Assembly: GCA_945901855.1 (NCBI GenBank)
Contig: CAMDLT010000020.1
Span: forward strand, 2,066-66,065
Length of the DNA stretch: 64,000 nucleotides
Source of the DNA: Asaia bogorensis
Lineage (GTDB): Bacteria; Pseudomonadota; Alphaproteobacteria; CACIAM-22H2
Direction: 5' to 3'
Shown: positions 19,164-28,034 of the stretch, piece after piece
Layout: the number at the start of each line of letters is the position of its first letter
Position numbering within the stretch: position 1 is the first letter of the stretch
Position numbers and translations under genes: made by a program
The notes under the pieces: model-generated
The model's database searches: none
What the model saw: the letters and a program-made list of their open reading frames with translations, nothing else
Told to the model about the DNA's origin: nothing

Positions 19164-20468
19164 TTAGCTGCCCCAAGTCTCGGCGGTCGTCGAGGCGTAC
19201 CAGCCTTCGGCATAGTGGGCTTCCTGCAAGCGGAACTGTACGGCATTGGCGGGCGCACGCGGGCTCACGCCGCCGGCCCCTTGCACAGCGACGATGCCTT
19301 GGATTGTTGGACGATATACGTCTGCAACCGAAATTCCATAGTCCGGCGCGATCAGCGAGTAGCAGGTATTGGCAAAAACAGCTCCCGGCGTCGGCTGGCC
19401 GTTGAGAGCGGCGGCGATCGCTTTGGCGACGAACTTGCCTTGGCTGGAGGCGGCAAAACCGGATTTGGGCATCGCGCCTGCGATCGCCGCATCGCCGATG
19501 ACGTACACGTCTTTGGCGCGTGTCGATTCGAACGTGAAAGGATCGACCGGGCACCAGCCGGCCATTGCGCCCTCGGTGGCAGCGAGCCCAGCATCGCGCG
19601 CGATGCTGCCCGCATATTGCGGCGGTACGATATTGGCGACCGACGCCTTGTGAACCTCGCCGAACTCGGAGGTTAGCGTGAGTTCGGCGGGATCGACGCG
19701 CACGACCTTGCCGTCTTTGCCAAGCGGAACCCATTCGATCATGGCGCCGTATTGGCTTTGCCAGCCGTCCTGGAACAGGCCCTGTTTGGAGAACGCGTCC
19801 TTGGAGTCGAGCGCCAGGATCTTGGAGCGCGGTTTATTTTGTTTCAGATAGTGCGCCACCATCGCGATGCGCTCGTAAGGGCCGGGCGGGCACCTGAACG
19901 GGTTGTTGGGAATCGACATCACGAATGTGCCGCCGTCGGGCATCGCTTCCAACTGGCGACGCAGCAGCACGGTTTGGGTACCTGCCTGCCAGGCGTGTGG
20001 CATGCGCTCAACTGCGGATTGCGTGTACCCTTCGAGGGCACCGAAGCGGATATCGATGCCCGGCGAAAGTACGAGCCGGTCGTAGCGCACGACATTGCCG
20101 CCGCTGGTACGGACGGTTTTCGCGCTCGTATCGATAGCGACCGCGCTTTCGCGGATATGGCGCACGCCATGTTTGCCCGTCAGGGCCGCATAATTGTGCG
20201 TGATATCGGTCATCTGTTTGAAGCCCGATAGCACATAGTTGGAAAATGGGCAGGTCTGGAACTCTGATTTGGGCTCGATCAAGGTAACGGAGAGGCTTGG
20301 GTCTTCGAGGCGCAAAAATTTAGCGGTCGTGGCTCCGCCAAAGCCGCCGCCGACGACAACAACGCGCGCTTTGCCTGCCGGCTCCGATTGGATGGCGCAG
20401 GCCGACAGAGCCGTCGTGGCGAGTACGGAACCTGCAAAGGCGCGACGCGAGAGCATTAATTTGGCCAT
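19164..20468 (-). CDS. fccB: flavocytochrome c sulfide dehydrogenase, flavoprotein subunit (FccB/SoxF-like)
   Basis: Trimmed to ATG 20468 (MAKLMLSRRAFAGSVLATTALSA.., Tat-type leader) after GGGGAGA. FAD motif VVVVGGGFGGATTAKFL, and FccB-like throughout (..NPFRCPPGPYERI..). Confidence 0.85.
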   Translation of the reverse strand: MAKLMLSRRAFAGSVLATTALSACAIQSEPAGKARVVVVGGGFGGATTAKFLRLEDPSLSVTLIEPKSEFQTCPFSNYVLSGFKQMTDITHNYAALTGKHGVRHIRESAVAIDTSAKTVRTSGGNVVRYDRLVLSPGIDIRFGALEGYTQSAVERMPHAWQAGTQTVLLRRQLEAMPDGGTFVMSIPNNPFRCPPGPYERIAMVAHYLKQNKPRSKILALDSKDAFSKQGLFQDGWQSQYGAMIEWVPLGKDGKVVRVDPAELTLTSEFGEVHKASVANIVPPQYAGSIARDAGLAATEGAMAGWCPVDPFTFESTRAKDVYVIGDAAIAGAMPKSGFAASSQGKFVAKAIAAALNGQPTPGAVFANTCYSLIAPDYGISVADVYRPTIQGIVAVQGAGGVSPRAPANAVQFRLQEAHYAEGWYASTTAETWGS

Positions 20469-20482
20469 TTGATTGTCTCCCC

Positions 20483-20803
20483 TCAGCGCCACTTTGCGGC
20501 GATTTCGCGCGCCATGGCTGCAATTTCGTCGTCGCCAAAACCCTTGGCATGGCGATTCATGATTGTGCCCATGCGCCGGTCATTTTTGAAATCGAGCATC
20601 GCTTGGCGCAACGTCGCTTCGTCCTGACCCGCGAGGGCAGGGATGGCGCCTGTTGACCGGCCATTTTGGCCATGGCAGCCCGAACAAGTGGCAATCAACA
20701 CATCGGGCGCAACGGACGATGCGGTTTGAGCAGCGGCCGGGAGCGCGAGGTTCGAGCCAGTCAAAGCGACAAAAAGCGTTGCAATTTTGAGCGCGTGTTT
20801 CAT
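20483..20803 (-). CDS. fccA: monoheme cytochrome c subunit (FccA/SoxE-like)
   Basis: 106 aa with a signal peptide and a single CSGCH heme-binding motif. It lies immediately upstream of fccB, with a 14-nt gap. Confidence 0.8.
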   Translation of the reverse strand: MKHALKIATLFVALTGSNLALPAAAQTASSVAPDVLIATCSGCHGQNGRSTGAIPALAGQDEATLRQAMLDFKNDRRMGTIMNRHAKGFGDDEIAAMAREIAAKWR

Positions 20804-20878
20804 GGGGGGACCCTATCGCATTGGTTTTGTTATTGGGTAAAAGGGTACACTATGCCGACATTGCAGGGCAAGTACGCC

Positions 20879-21385
20879 TTAACTGAACCATTCGACCAGC
20901 CAAAAACCCAAACCTGCATAGCTTCCGTTTGCCACGAGCGCGCCTGCGATCAAAAGCAAAATTCCATCGACAGGGTGTTTAGAAAAACTTAACCGGACGA
21001 AATACACGACCAGGGCAAGCGCCAAGGCTGCCGGCGTCGCAAGCGCCATCGCAACGCCGTTTGGAATTGGCGCTGCGCCGAATGCAGCGCAAAATCCGAG
21101 GACCAGGGCAACCCATAGCGGCCGCAGGCGCCGTGGCCCGAATGCGCCAGTTGCGAGCAGCCCTGCACCGGCCAAGCACATTCCCGCTGCCAGCGTGATC
21201 CAGCCGGACGCTCGCGGCCAGTGCGCGCCGACAGTATCGAGAACGACAAAGGCTGCGCCGAAGCCAAAGGCAAGTGTCCCTGCAGTAACGGCCAATCGTC
21301 GGCTGCCTTGCGGATCAAGCGCCTGCAAGATCAAAAAAAAGAGCGGAACAAGTGGCAACGAGATTATGCCGAAATGCATCGACAA
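20879..21385 (-). CDS. hypothetical polytopic membrane protein
   Basis: 168 aa, almost entirely hydrophobic with about 5 predicted helices and no recognisable family. It is on the same strand as fccAB and upstream of it. Confidence 0.5.
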   Translation of the reverse strand: MSMHFGIISLPLVPLFFLILQALDPQGSRRLAVTAGTLAFGFGAAFVVLDTVGAHWPRASGWITLAAGMCLAGAGLLATGAFGPRRLRPLWVALVLGFCAAFGAAPIPNGVAMALATPAALALALVVYFVRLSFSKHPVDGILLLIAGALVANGSYAGLGFWLVEWFS

Positions 21386-21496
21386 GCACTAGCCGGTGCC
21401 AGCGCAGGGCGCAAGACCGGTTCCGCGCGTTGACGGGTTGCCTGCGCAATGCCAGTGTCGCAACGTCAGTTTTTTGCTCACGAAGGGAGTCTTGAA

Positions 21497-22519
21497 ATGA
21501 TTAGAGTTGCACATTTGGCCGTGGCCGCGGCTTCGTTTGCGATGTTCGCGTCGAGTGCGGTTGCACAAGCGCCGACACCCGTCAAATTTGCGCTCGATTG
21601 GGCTCTTCAGGGCAACCATGCGGTTTTCACGATGGCGCTCGACAAAGGCCACTATAGCCGCGAAGGGCTCGCCGTTACGATGGATCGCGGCTTCGGTTCG
21701 GGCGATACGGTTACCAAGGTCGCGTCCGGGGCCTACGATATCGGTTATGCCGACCTCAACACCGTCATTCCGTTCAATGCCAATCCCGCCAATACGAACA
21801 AGATTACAGGCGTGCTGTTGGTGATGGACCAGTCGCTGGCCGCCGTCATTCTGCGCAAAGGCACGGTTGCCAATCCCAAAGGGCTCGAGGGGCTGAAGCT
21901 TGCGGCACCCGAAGCCGATGCCGGGCGCATGCTGTTTCCGGCATTTGCGCGCGCGCAGGGCATCGATCCCGCGCGCATCAATTGGCAGACCGTTACGCCG
22001 CAATTGCGCGAAACGCTGCTCGTCCAGCGCCAGGTCGATGGCGTGACCGGGTTCATCTCCACCAGCGTGTTCAACATCAAGATGGCGGGCGTGCAGCCGT
22101 CGGATCTGATGGTCTATCGCTACAACGATTTTGGCGTCGATCTGCTGGGCTCGGCGCTGATCGTCAGCCAATCCTTCGCCGAGCGCAATCCCGAGACGGT
22201 TCGCCGTTTTGTGCGCGCGTCGCTTGCGGGTGTCCGCGACGCGTTGGCCGACCCAAAAGGCGGCATGGCGCAGTTGAAGCAGCGCGACCCGCTGTTCAAT
22301 GAAGCCATTGAACTCGAGCGCTTCGAAATGGTGCGCGATCTGACGATGCTGACCGACAACGTGAAGCGCAATGGTCTGTCGGCCGTGCCGGCCGCGCGCT
22401 TGGCGGCGTCGGTGGCCACGGTCGCGGAAGCCTACAACGTCGCGGGCCGCGTCAAGCCGGAAGAGGTCTATACCGAGCGTTTCTTGCCGTCGGCGCCCGA
22501 ACGTCGCATCTCACCCTGA
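21497..22519 (+). CDS. periplasmic substrate-binding protein, NMT1/THI5 (nitrate/sulfonate/bicarbonate) type, orphan
   Basis: Trimmed to ATG 21497 after GGGAG. The signal peptide is MIRVAHLAVAAASFAMFASSAVAQA. The pattern ..VKFALDW.LQGNHA.F..A..KG.Y..EGL.V.. is typical of this SBP family. There is no adjacent permease or ATPase. Confidence 0.75.
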   Translation: MIRVAHLAVAAASFAMFASSAVAQAPTPVKFALDWALQGNHAVFTMALDKGHYSREGLAVTMDRGFGSGDTVTKVASGAYDIGYADLNTVIPFNANPANTNKITGVLLVMDQSLAAVILRKGTVANPKGLEGLKLAAPEADAGRMLFPAFARAQGIDPARINWQTVTPQLRETLLVQRQVDGVTGFISTSVFNIKMAGVQPSDLMVYRYNDFGVDLLGSALIVSQSFAERNPETVRRFVRASLAGVRDALADPKGGMAQLKQRDPLFNEAIELERFEMVRDLTMLTDNVKRNGLSAVPAARLAASVATVAEAYNVAGRVKPEEVYTERFLPSAPERRISP

Positions 22520-22563
22520 TCGGTTGGGCGGTTCCCCAAGATACTGCCGGATCGAACTGTTGT

Positions 22564-22602
22564 AACCCTGCGGCGTCGCAAGTGCGGCGATGTCGCAGGG
22601 TT
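22564..22602. terminator. 9-bp-stem hairpin between convergent genes (possible bidirectional terminator)
   Basis: AACCCTGCG (22564-22572) pairs with CGCAGGGTT (22594-22602) across a 21-nt loop. There is no clear U-tract on either strand, so the call is weak. Confidence 0.3.
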
Positions 22603-22645
22603 CGAGCGGACCAGTCGCCGCCGCCGTAGATAGCTGCCGCATATT

Positions 22646-23749
22646 TCACGTGCGTGCGGCAAGTGCCTTGAAGGCGGGAACGAATGCGCCGTGTTCGAGA
22701 TACTTCATCCCGAACAAGCCGCCGCAGACGATCGATCCAAACGCCAGCAGCGAGCCCAGCGCCAGCGTGGAGAGGCCGGTGACGCCTTGGCCAATCGTGC
22801 AGCCAAGGGCCAGTACGCCGCCCGTTCCCATCAAGGCTGCACCCGCCAGATGGCGCAGCATATCGTCGGTACCGGCAAAACTCTCGATCCGAAATTCGCG
22901 TGCCGTCTTGGCGGCGACAAATGCGCCGAACACGACACCAAATACGCTAGCCACGCCAAACCCGATTTTGGCCCCGGTCCAGGTCATCAGATAGATTAGC
23001 GTATCGCCGATCGGCGCGACAAAGGTGAACGAGGCAAGGGGTGACGGTTCGAAATCGTCGTTGCCCGCAATGCCGGTCGCGTACCAGCCCGCGACAGTCA
23101 GCAGACCGATGCCGATTCCGGCCGCAATGTTGCGCGGGCTCTTGCAAAAACTTGAATCCTTGAAGCAAACCCAAGCGAGGAAGGCGATGACAAGAACGCT
23201 TGCCGTGCGTTGTGCAAATTGAGTTTCCAGGCCGGTCGCGGTTACGATCAGCGCGGGCAAGAGTTGGGTCTGGGCACCCAGCGTTCGGAGATCGAGATTG
23301 GTCGGCTCGATCGTCGCAATTCGGCCCGCCGCGATCAAACCGCGTAAGGTCATGTAGGCGAAGAGCCCGAGCACGATCATCACCAGCAGACTTTTGAGAT
23401 TCCCCGCCCCCAATCGGACGAGCGTCTTGCTGCCGCAACCGCCTGCCAGCGTCATGCCGAAGCCGAACATGAGGCCGCCGACAATGGCGCCAAGCCAGCC
23501 GAAATTCGGCGTGGCATAGATCGTCTTGCCAAGATCGACAAGGCCAAGGGCGCCGAACGTTTGCGTGCCTGCGACGGCGACGGCGATCGCCAGCAGCCAG
23601 GCACGAAAGCGCCTGAAATCTCCCAAGAGGGCGATGTCGGAAATTGCGCCCATGGTGCAGAAGTTTGTCCGATGGGCAAGAACGCCAAACCCGATCCCGA
23701 GCCCGAAGCCCCACATCGCAACAATTTGGTGGACAGGAAGGTCGGACAT
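22646..23749 (-). CDS. YeeE/YedE-family sulfur-compound (thiosulfate) transporter
   Basis: 367 aa and polytopic. The three conserved Cys-containing motifs of the family are present (NFCTMGA, LAGGCGSK, LGCTIGQG). Confidence 0.85.
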   Translation of the reverse strand: MSDLPVHQIVAMWGFGLGIGFGVLAHRTNFCTMGAISDIALLGDFRRFRAWLLAIAVAVAGTQTFGALGLVDLGKTIYATPNFGWLGAIVGGLMFGFGMTLAGGCGSKTLVRLGAGNLKSLLVMIVLGLFAYMTLRGLIAAGRIATIEPTNLDLRTLGAQTQLLPALIVTATGLETQFAQRTASVLVIAFLAWVCFKDSSFCKSPRNIAAGIGIGLLTVAGWYATGIAGNDDFEPSPLASFTFVAPIGDTLIYLMTWTGAKIGFGVASVFGVVFGAFVAAKTAREFRIESFAGTDDMLRHLAGAALMGTGGVLALGCTIGQGVTGLSTLALGSLLAFGSIVCGGLFGMKYLEHGAFVPAFKALAART

Positions 23750-23875
23750 TTGGGGTTTTCCAGCTTGGGTTCGACGGGTCTTTAGAAAAGCTCAGGGGTA
23801 TCCTGAAAATGTAGCGCTTGCTTGGTCGAGGGCTCAACTCGTAGGGTCTGCTCCTTCAACAAGGATGCATCACAT

Positions 23876-24103
23876 ATGTCGGTTACCGTTCTCGATCTCA
23901 AGGGTCTCAATTGTCCGCTGCCGGTTTTGCGGACGAAAAAAGCGATGGCGAGCCTGCCTGCGGGCGCGGCGCTGCAAGTGCTGGCAACAGACCCTGGCGC
24001 CGTCAAGGATTTTGAAGCCCTGTGCCTGACGATCGGTGCTAAACTTTCGAATGTCGCTGAACAGGACGGCGTCTACGTGTTCGATATTCAAAAGAGCGCC
24101 TGA
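23876..24103 (+). CDS. tusA: TusA-family sulfurtransferase (YeeD-like)
   Basis: Trimmed to ATG 23876. 75 aa with the LKGLNCPLPVLRTKKAM motif (CPxP active-site Cys). It is divergent from the YeeE gene. Confidence 0.85.
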   Translation: MSVTVLDLKGLNCPLPVLRTKKAMASLPAGAALQVLATDPGAVKDFEALCLTIGAKLSNVAEQDGVYVFDIQKSA

Positions 24104-24117
24104 AACCGGTTCGTGGA

Positions 24118-25020
24118 TTGATCGACAGGAAATCGCACAACGAAGGCATCTGGTTGCTCGCTGCGTTGGCGCTCCTTTGGGGCGCCAATTGGCCTGCGAT
24201 GAAACTTGCCGTTGGCGAGATCGGCCCGTGGACCTTTCGTACAATTTGTCTTTATGTCGGCGCTGGCGGCCTATTTGCCGTGGCGCTTGTCCGACGCATT
24301 CCCATGGGATTGCCGCGGGGGCGTATCGCGGTTTTTGCCGCGACGTCGTTTTTGAACGTGACGGTGTGGCATGTGACATCGGCTTATGGCCTTACGTTGC
24401 TCGCGGCAGGGCGCGCTGTTTTGGTGGCATTCACAATGCCGCTTTGGGCCGCCTTGTTCGGCGCGTTGTTCTTCGGCGACAAGTTTACACAGCGCAAGGT
24501 CGTGGCCTTGAGCTTGGGGCTCGTGGGGTTAGGTTTTTTGGCGCTGCCCGCAAGCGATACGCTGGGCAGTTCGCCTGCCGGACTGGGGCTGATGCTGGCG
24601 GCTGCGGTCGGCTGGGGCGCGGGAACCGTGTGGCTCAAGGCCTCGCGCTTTGAAATGTCGGCCGTGACGCTGACTGCCTGGCAACTGGCCCTCGGCGGCG
24701 TACCGGTCATCGTTGGCATGCTGGCGCTCGAGGTTGCGGGTATCGGCGGCGGAACCGTGCTTAAAAACGACTCTCCGTCGCTGGCGGGCTTGGTTGGTTT
24801 GATCTATGCCGCGACTGTGCCCATGGTTTTCTGCAATTGGGCATGGTTCCGGGCACTGGAGATTTTGCCGGCGTCTCTGGCCTCGATCGGCACGCTGGCG
24901 GTCCCGGTCGTCGGCGTTCTGGCGTCGGCGCTGTTGCTGGGGGAGACGGTCGGCTGGTCGGAAATGATGGCGCTTGTGTGCGTCGTTGCAGCCCTTGCTT
25001 TGGCGTTGCTGCAGTTCTGA
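24118..25020 (+). CDS. EamA/DMT-family transporter
   Basis: 300 aa with about 10 TM helices and duplicated EamA-like halves. The TTG start at 24118 is uncertain. Confidence 0.75.
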   Translation: MIDRKSHNEGIWLLAALALLWGANWPAMKLAVGEIGPWTFRTICLYVGAGGLFAVALVRRIPMGLPRGRIAVFAATSFLNVTVWHVTSAYGLTLLAAGRAVLVAFTMPLWAALFGALFFGDKFTQRKVVALSLGLVGLGFLALPASDTLGSSPAGLGLMLAAAVGWGAGTVWLKASRFEMSAVTLTAWQLALGGVPVIVGMLALEVAGIGGGTVLKNDSPSLAGLVGLIYAATVPMVFCNWAWFRALEILPASLASIGTLAVPVVGVLASALLLGETVGWSEMMALVCVVAALALALLQF

Positions 25021-25022
25021 CC

Positions 25023-25631
25023 TTAGTCGGCGACCACGGCAGCTTTGCGGGCGGCTTTCCGGGTTTGGTGCCGATGCACGAGGAAAACCAAGCCCGTTGA
25101 AACCACGAAGACGCCCAACATGACATAGAGGAAGGAATGGACGATATCGCCGATCATGGCGTCGAGCGCGCGTCCAAACAGATAACCGAAACCCGCAAAC
25201 GTGGATGCCCAGACGAATGCCGCGACGAAATTGAGGGCGGCAAATCGCAGCGGGTTGATGCGCGCGACGCCCATCGCAAATGACGCAAGGTTCCGTACGC
25301 CATAAATGAACCGGAACGACAGGATGAACCACGTATCGTAGCGCTTGAGCAGGTCGAGTGCGCCGTCAACGCCCGCGCGCCATTTGGGACGCTTTTCGAG
25401 CAGAGCGCTGCCGTATCGCCGACCGATCCAGAACCACATTTGGTCGCCGGAGAAACTTCCGAACCAAGCCGTGAGCAGCAAAACCCAAATATTCAGCGTA
25501 TCTTGGGCGGCAGCCGCACCGGCAAAAATGACGAAGGTTTCGCCTTCCAAAAACGTCCAAACAAAAATTACCGCGTAAATCAGGACGCCGTATTGTGCAA
25601 CGAGGCTTTGAACATCGGTCGAGGGTTCCAA
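25023..25631 (-). CDS. DedA-family (VTT domain) membrane protein
   Basis: 202 aa. Family pattern ..FLEGETFVIFAG......W..GSFSGDQMWFWIGRRYG.. Confidence 0.8.
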   Translation of the reverse strand: MEPSTDVQSLVAQYGVLIYAVIFVWTFLEGETFVIFAGAAAAQDTLNIWVLLLTAWFGSFSGDQMWFWIGRRYGSALLEKRPKWRAGVDGALDLLKRYDTWFILSFRFIYGVRNLASFAMGVARINPLRFAALNFVAAFVWASTFAGFGYLFGRALDAMIGDIVHSFLYVMLGVFVVSTGLVFLVHRHQTRKAARKAAVVAD

Positions 25632-25745
25632 GCGACTGTCCTTACATCGAGATTGTCGGTCGTTTTTATGCTACAAATGGGCTATGACGCTATCATGTTC
25701 CGGTCTCGAAAAAAGATGCACGAACGCGATTTTCGGAGATTTGCG

Positions 25746-25994
25746 ATGAACGGTTATTCGGTTTTTGTTGCAATAGTGGCGCTTGGCTTGGGTATCGGAA
25801 TAGGTGCGCCGCCCGCACTGGCGGCCGACGATCCGCGCTCCAACAATGCGCCGCCAAAGGTCAATAAAGAGGCCGAAGAGCTCAATACCCGCAATCCGCG
25901 CGTGTTTCATGCGGGTCCCGGAAAGCCAATGGCAGGTGGAGTATGGGTTGCGCCGTCAAGCATACCCAAGAAACCCGCGGCTGACGCCAAATAA
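25746..25994 (+). CDS. hypothetical small secreted protein
   Basis: 82 aa from ATG 25746. The signal peptide is MNGYSVFVAIVALGLGIGIGAPPALA/ADD and the mature part is Pro/Lys-rich. The start is uncertain because the ORF is open from 25440. Confidence 0.45.
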   Translation: MNGYSVFVAIVALGLGIGIGAPPALAADDPRSNNAPPKVNKEAEELNTRNPRVFHAGPGKPMAGGVWVAPSSIPKKPAADAK

Positions 25995-25999
25995 TAGGC

Positions 26000-26413
26000 T
26001 TACGGCGAAGATTTAACCGGTACGGCGCTGAATGCAGGCGCCTCGGAGCACTCGGTCACGCCGCCCAGCGTGCGGATGCATCGATAGCGCGCATTGGGAT
26101 CGATTTTGGCGACCGGAAACTCGGGTTCGTTGAAGCGCGCCATTTGTTCGCAGATCAGACGTCGGTCGCCGGTTAAGAACATACCGTCGCAGCGTCCCGG
26201 CAAAAAATTCGGTCCGACTAAAATCGCGGCGCCAACCACGCCCGGCGTCACGATGCTTTGCACGTAAGGGGCAGCAAACGTGCTGACTTTGTCAGGTACC
26301 TTCGATAGCGGAGGGCTGCCGTGAACCGAAGGCAGTTTGGTGCAAGCCGCCGCGAATAGGGCAGCGCCAGCGACTAAACAAACGATCCGAATGGAGCGAT
26401 TTATCTTCAACAT
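26000..26413 (-). CDS. hypothetical lipoprotein
   Basis: 137 aa. Lipobox-like LFAAAC after a hydrophobic leader, with four further Cys in the mature part. No recognisable family. Confidence 0.55.
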   Translation of the reverse strand: MLKINRSIRIVCLVAGAALFAAACTKLPSVHGSPPLSKVPDKVSTFAAPYVQSIVTPGVVGAAILVGPNFLPGRCDGMFLTGDRRLICEQMARFNEPEFPVAKIDPNARYRCIRTLGGVTECSEAPAFSAVPVKSSP

Positions 26414-26466
26414 TTCTAAAATTTATCCCAAATATATTAATGAATGATGAACATACGCTTGAGATT

Positions 26467-27246
26467 TCAAGATTCCCGTCGATAATCATCCAAATCTCTG
26501 AAGAATCTGGAAAAAGCCGATGCCGGTGTCACACCGGTAGCAGCCTCGAAGCGCACAACTTCTTGGAGCGTAAGCCGCTTCACGGGGGCAAAAAGCGTAT
26601 CGAAGATCGCCAAGAAATCGCTTTTGGCGAACTGAGCAACATCGAGACCATCGCCGATTTGGACATATTTGTTGGGGGCAAGGCCGATCGATGTCTGCTT
26701 GTGCTGCATGATGCGAAAGAACCATTCGCGGCGCGTGTCGAAGCGCTGGAACGATTGCGCAATCCGCACGAGCGTCAACCAGAAAATCGTCTGGGCGCGC
26801 GGATCCGAATAAAACGCGTCCCAACCAAAATCGTCGCCGCCTTTGTCGCGCGTTTCCTCCAGCACTTGCGCACAGGCGGCGTTCCATTCGCCTTCTCTCT
26901 CGCCGACCAATGCCTGGACGAAGAAAAAGAAATTGTGGAGCAGACTGCGGTCGAGCTGCGCGGACGCAAAAAAATCGTCAAGCGGATGCACGATCAAACG
27001 GCCGAACGCATTGACGCGACGATGCTGGTTCTGCGACTGGGCAATTGCCGCAACGATTTGGACGAAGACGGCGCGGTAGAAATTTTCGACTTCGCCGGCG
27101 TTTTTCATCGCATCGCCGATACGCGCGAGCTCGTCGTGGCCGACAGTACCGCCGTTTTTTGCGGCGGTTTCCTGGGCGGTCTTCACGAATGCGTCGAGCA
27201 TCGTGGTTGCCGCATGTCGGATCAGTTGGGGGCCTTTTGAAAACAT
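26467..27246 (-). CDS. hypothetical cytoplasmic protein (259 aa), no recognisable domain
   Basis: Codon third positions on the minus frame are strongly G/C-biased when read by hand, unlike the antisense 266-aa ORF. There is no signal peptide or TM segment. It is aromatic-rich (..HNFFFFVQALVGEREGEW..). Confidence 0.6.
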   Translation of the reverse strand: MFSKGPQLIRHAATTMLDAFVKTAQETAAKNGGTVGHDELARIGDAMKNAGEVENFYRAVFVQIVAAIAQSQNQHRRVNAFGRLIVHPLDDFFASAQLDRSLLHNFFFFVQALVGEREGEWNAACAQVLEETRDKGGDDFGWDAFYSDPRAQTIFWLTLVRIAQSFQRFDTRREWFFRIMQHKQTSIGLAPNKYVQIGDGLDVAQFAKSDFLAIFDTLFAPVKRLTLQEVVRFEAATGVTPASAFSRFFRDLDDYRRES

Positions 27247-27351
27247 TCGGACAAGTCTAGACCACTTGGCGCCTCGGGGGGAAATGCTGCGAGGCTTCTA
27301 TCGGACGGATTTCTTGGCTAACATAAGGTTATCTCGGACGAGGATCAAAAA

Positions 27352-28026
27352 ATGTTGGAAATCAAACCAGTCGAAACGTCGGGTGGAATCGCTGTTCTGG
27401 ATGTCGGCGGCGACAAAGCGGGCCAAGCGACTCTTATTTGGGCCGACGACAATTTCTGCGAGGCGTTCGAAGGCGCGACCGTCGGCGCCGCCCCGTTCGG
27501 TGCGGACGCTGACCCGCAAGTGACGGCGGCCTTGGAGGGGTTGAAGCAGGGGGCTGTGGCACGTTTCGATGCGCCGACGGGCACGCTGTTTGGGCATCGT
27601 CTGGAAAGCGCCATCGGCATTGTCGGGCTGGGCGGCAAGCGTGTGCTGCTGGCGCTGGCAACCGCCCCGCAGATGCTGGGCCACACGGCCGATGCGCGTC
27701 TGGCCGAAACGCTCGACGCCGTGCCGGTCGCCGCGAGCATGATCAAAACGAGCGACGGGACGATTTTGTGGCTCAACGAAAATTTTCGGGAGTTGCTGGA
27801 CGGCAGCGAGTTCGATCTTCTGGGAACGTCGTTGGCCGACCATTTTGTGCTGCCCGGCGTATTTGCAACGCTGATGTCGGCAACAGACGCGATTGCGCCC
27901 TCCACGCCTGTCCCAACGCCCCTAAAGACGCTGTCCGGCATCATGACGCCGGTCGTTGCGACTGCAAAACGTATACGGTTTCGCGGTCACGACGCGGCGC
28001 TGGTGTGCCTGGCCAGCGGGTTTTAG
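27352..28026 (+). CDS. hypothetical protein with two PAS-like repeats, no output domain
   Basis: 224 aa. Two internally similar segments (..ATLIWADDNFCEAFEG.. and ..GTILWLNENFRELLDGSEFDLLGTSLADH..) resemble the N-terminal strands of PAS folds. The G/C third-position bias supports coding. Confidence 0.55.
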   Translation: MLEIKPVETSGGIAVLDVGGDKAGQATLIWADDNFCEAFEGATVGAAPFGADADPQVTAALEGLKQGAVARFDAPTGTLFGHRLESAIGIVGLGGKRVLLALATAPQMLGHTADARLAETLDAVPVAASMIKTSDGTILWLNENFRELLDGSEFDLLGTSLADHFVLPGVFATLMSATDAIAPSTPVPTPLKTLSGIMTPVVATAKRIRFRGHDAALVCLASGF

Positions 28027-28034
28027 CGCGGGTT

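Noticed and set aside
26440-27240. 266-aa plus-strand ORF mirroring the 259-aa minus-strand gene
   Set aside because: Reading the codons by hand shows the G/C third-position bias on the minus frame. The plus-frame product is Arg/Glu-rich with no hydrophobic core pattern, so I judged it the shadow ORF.
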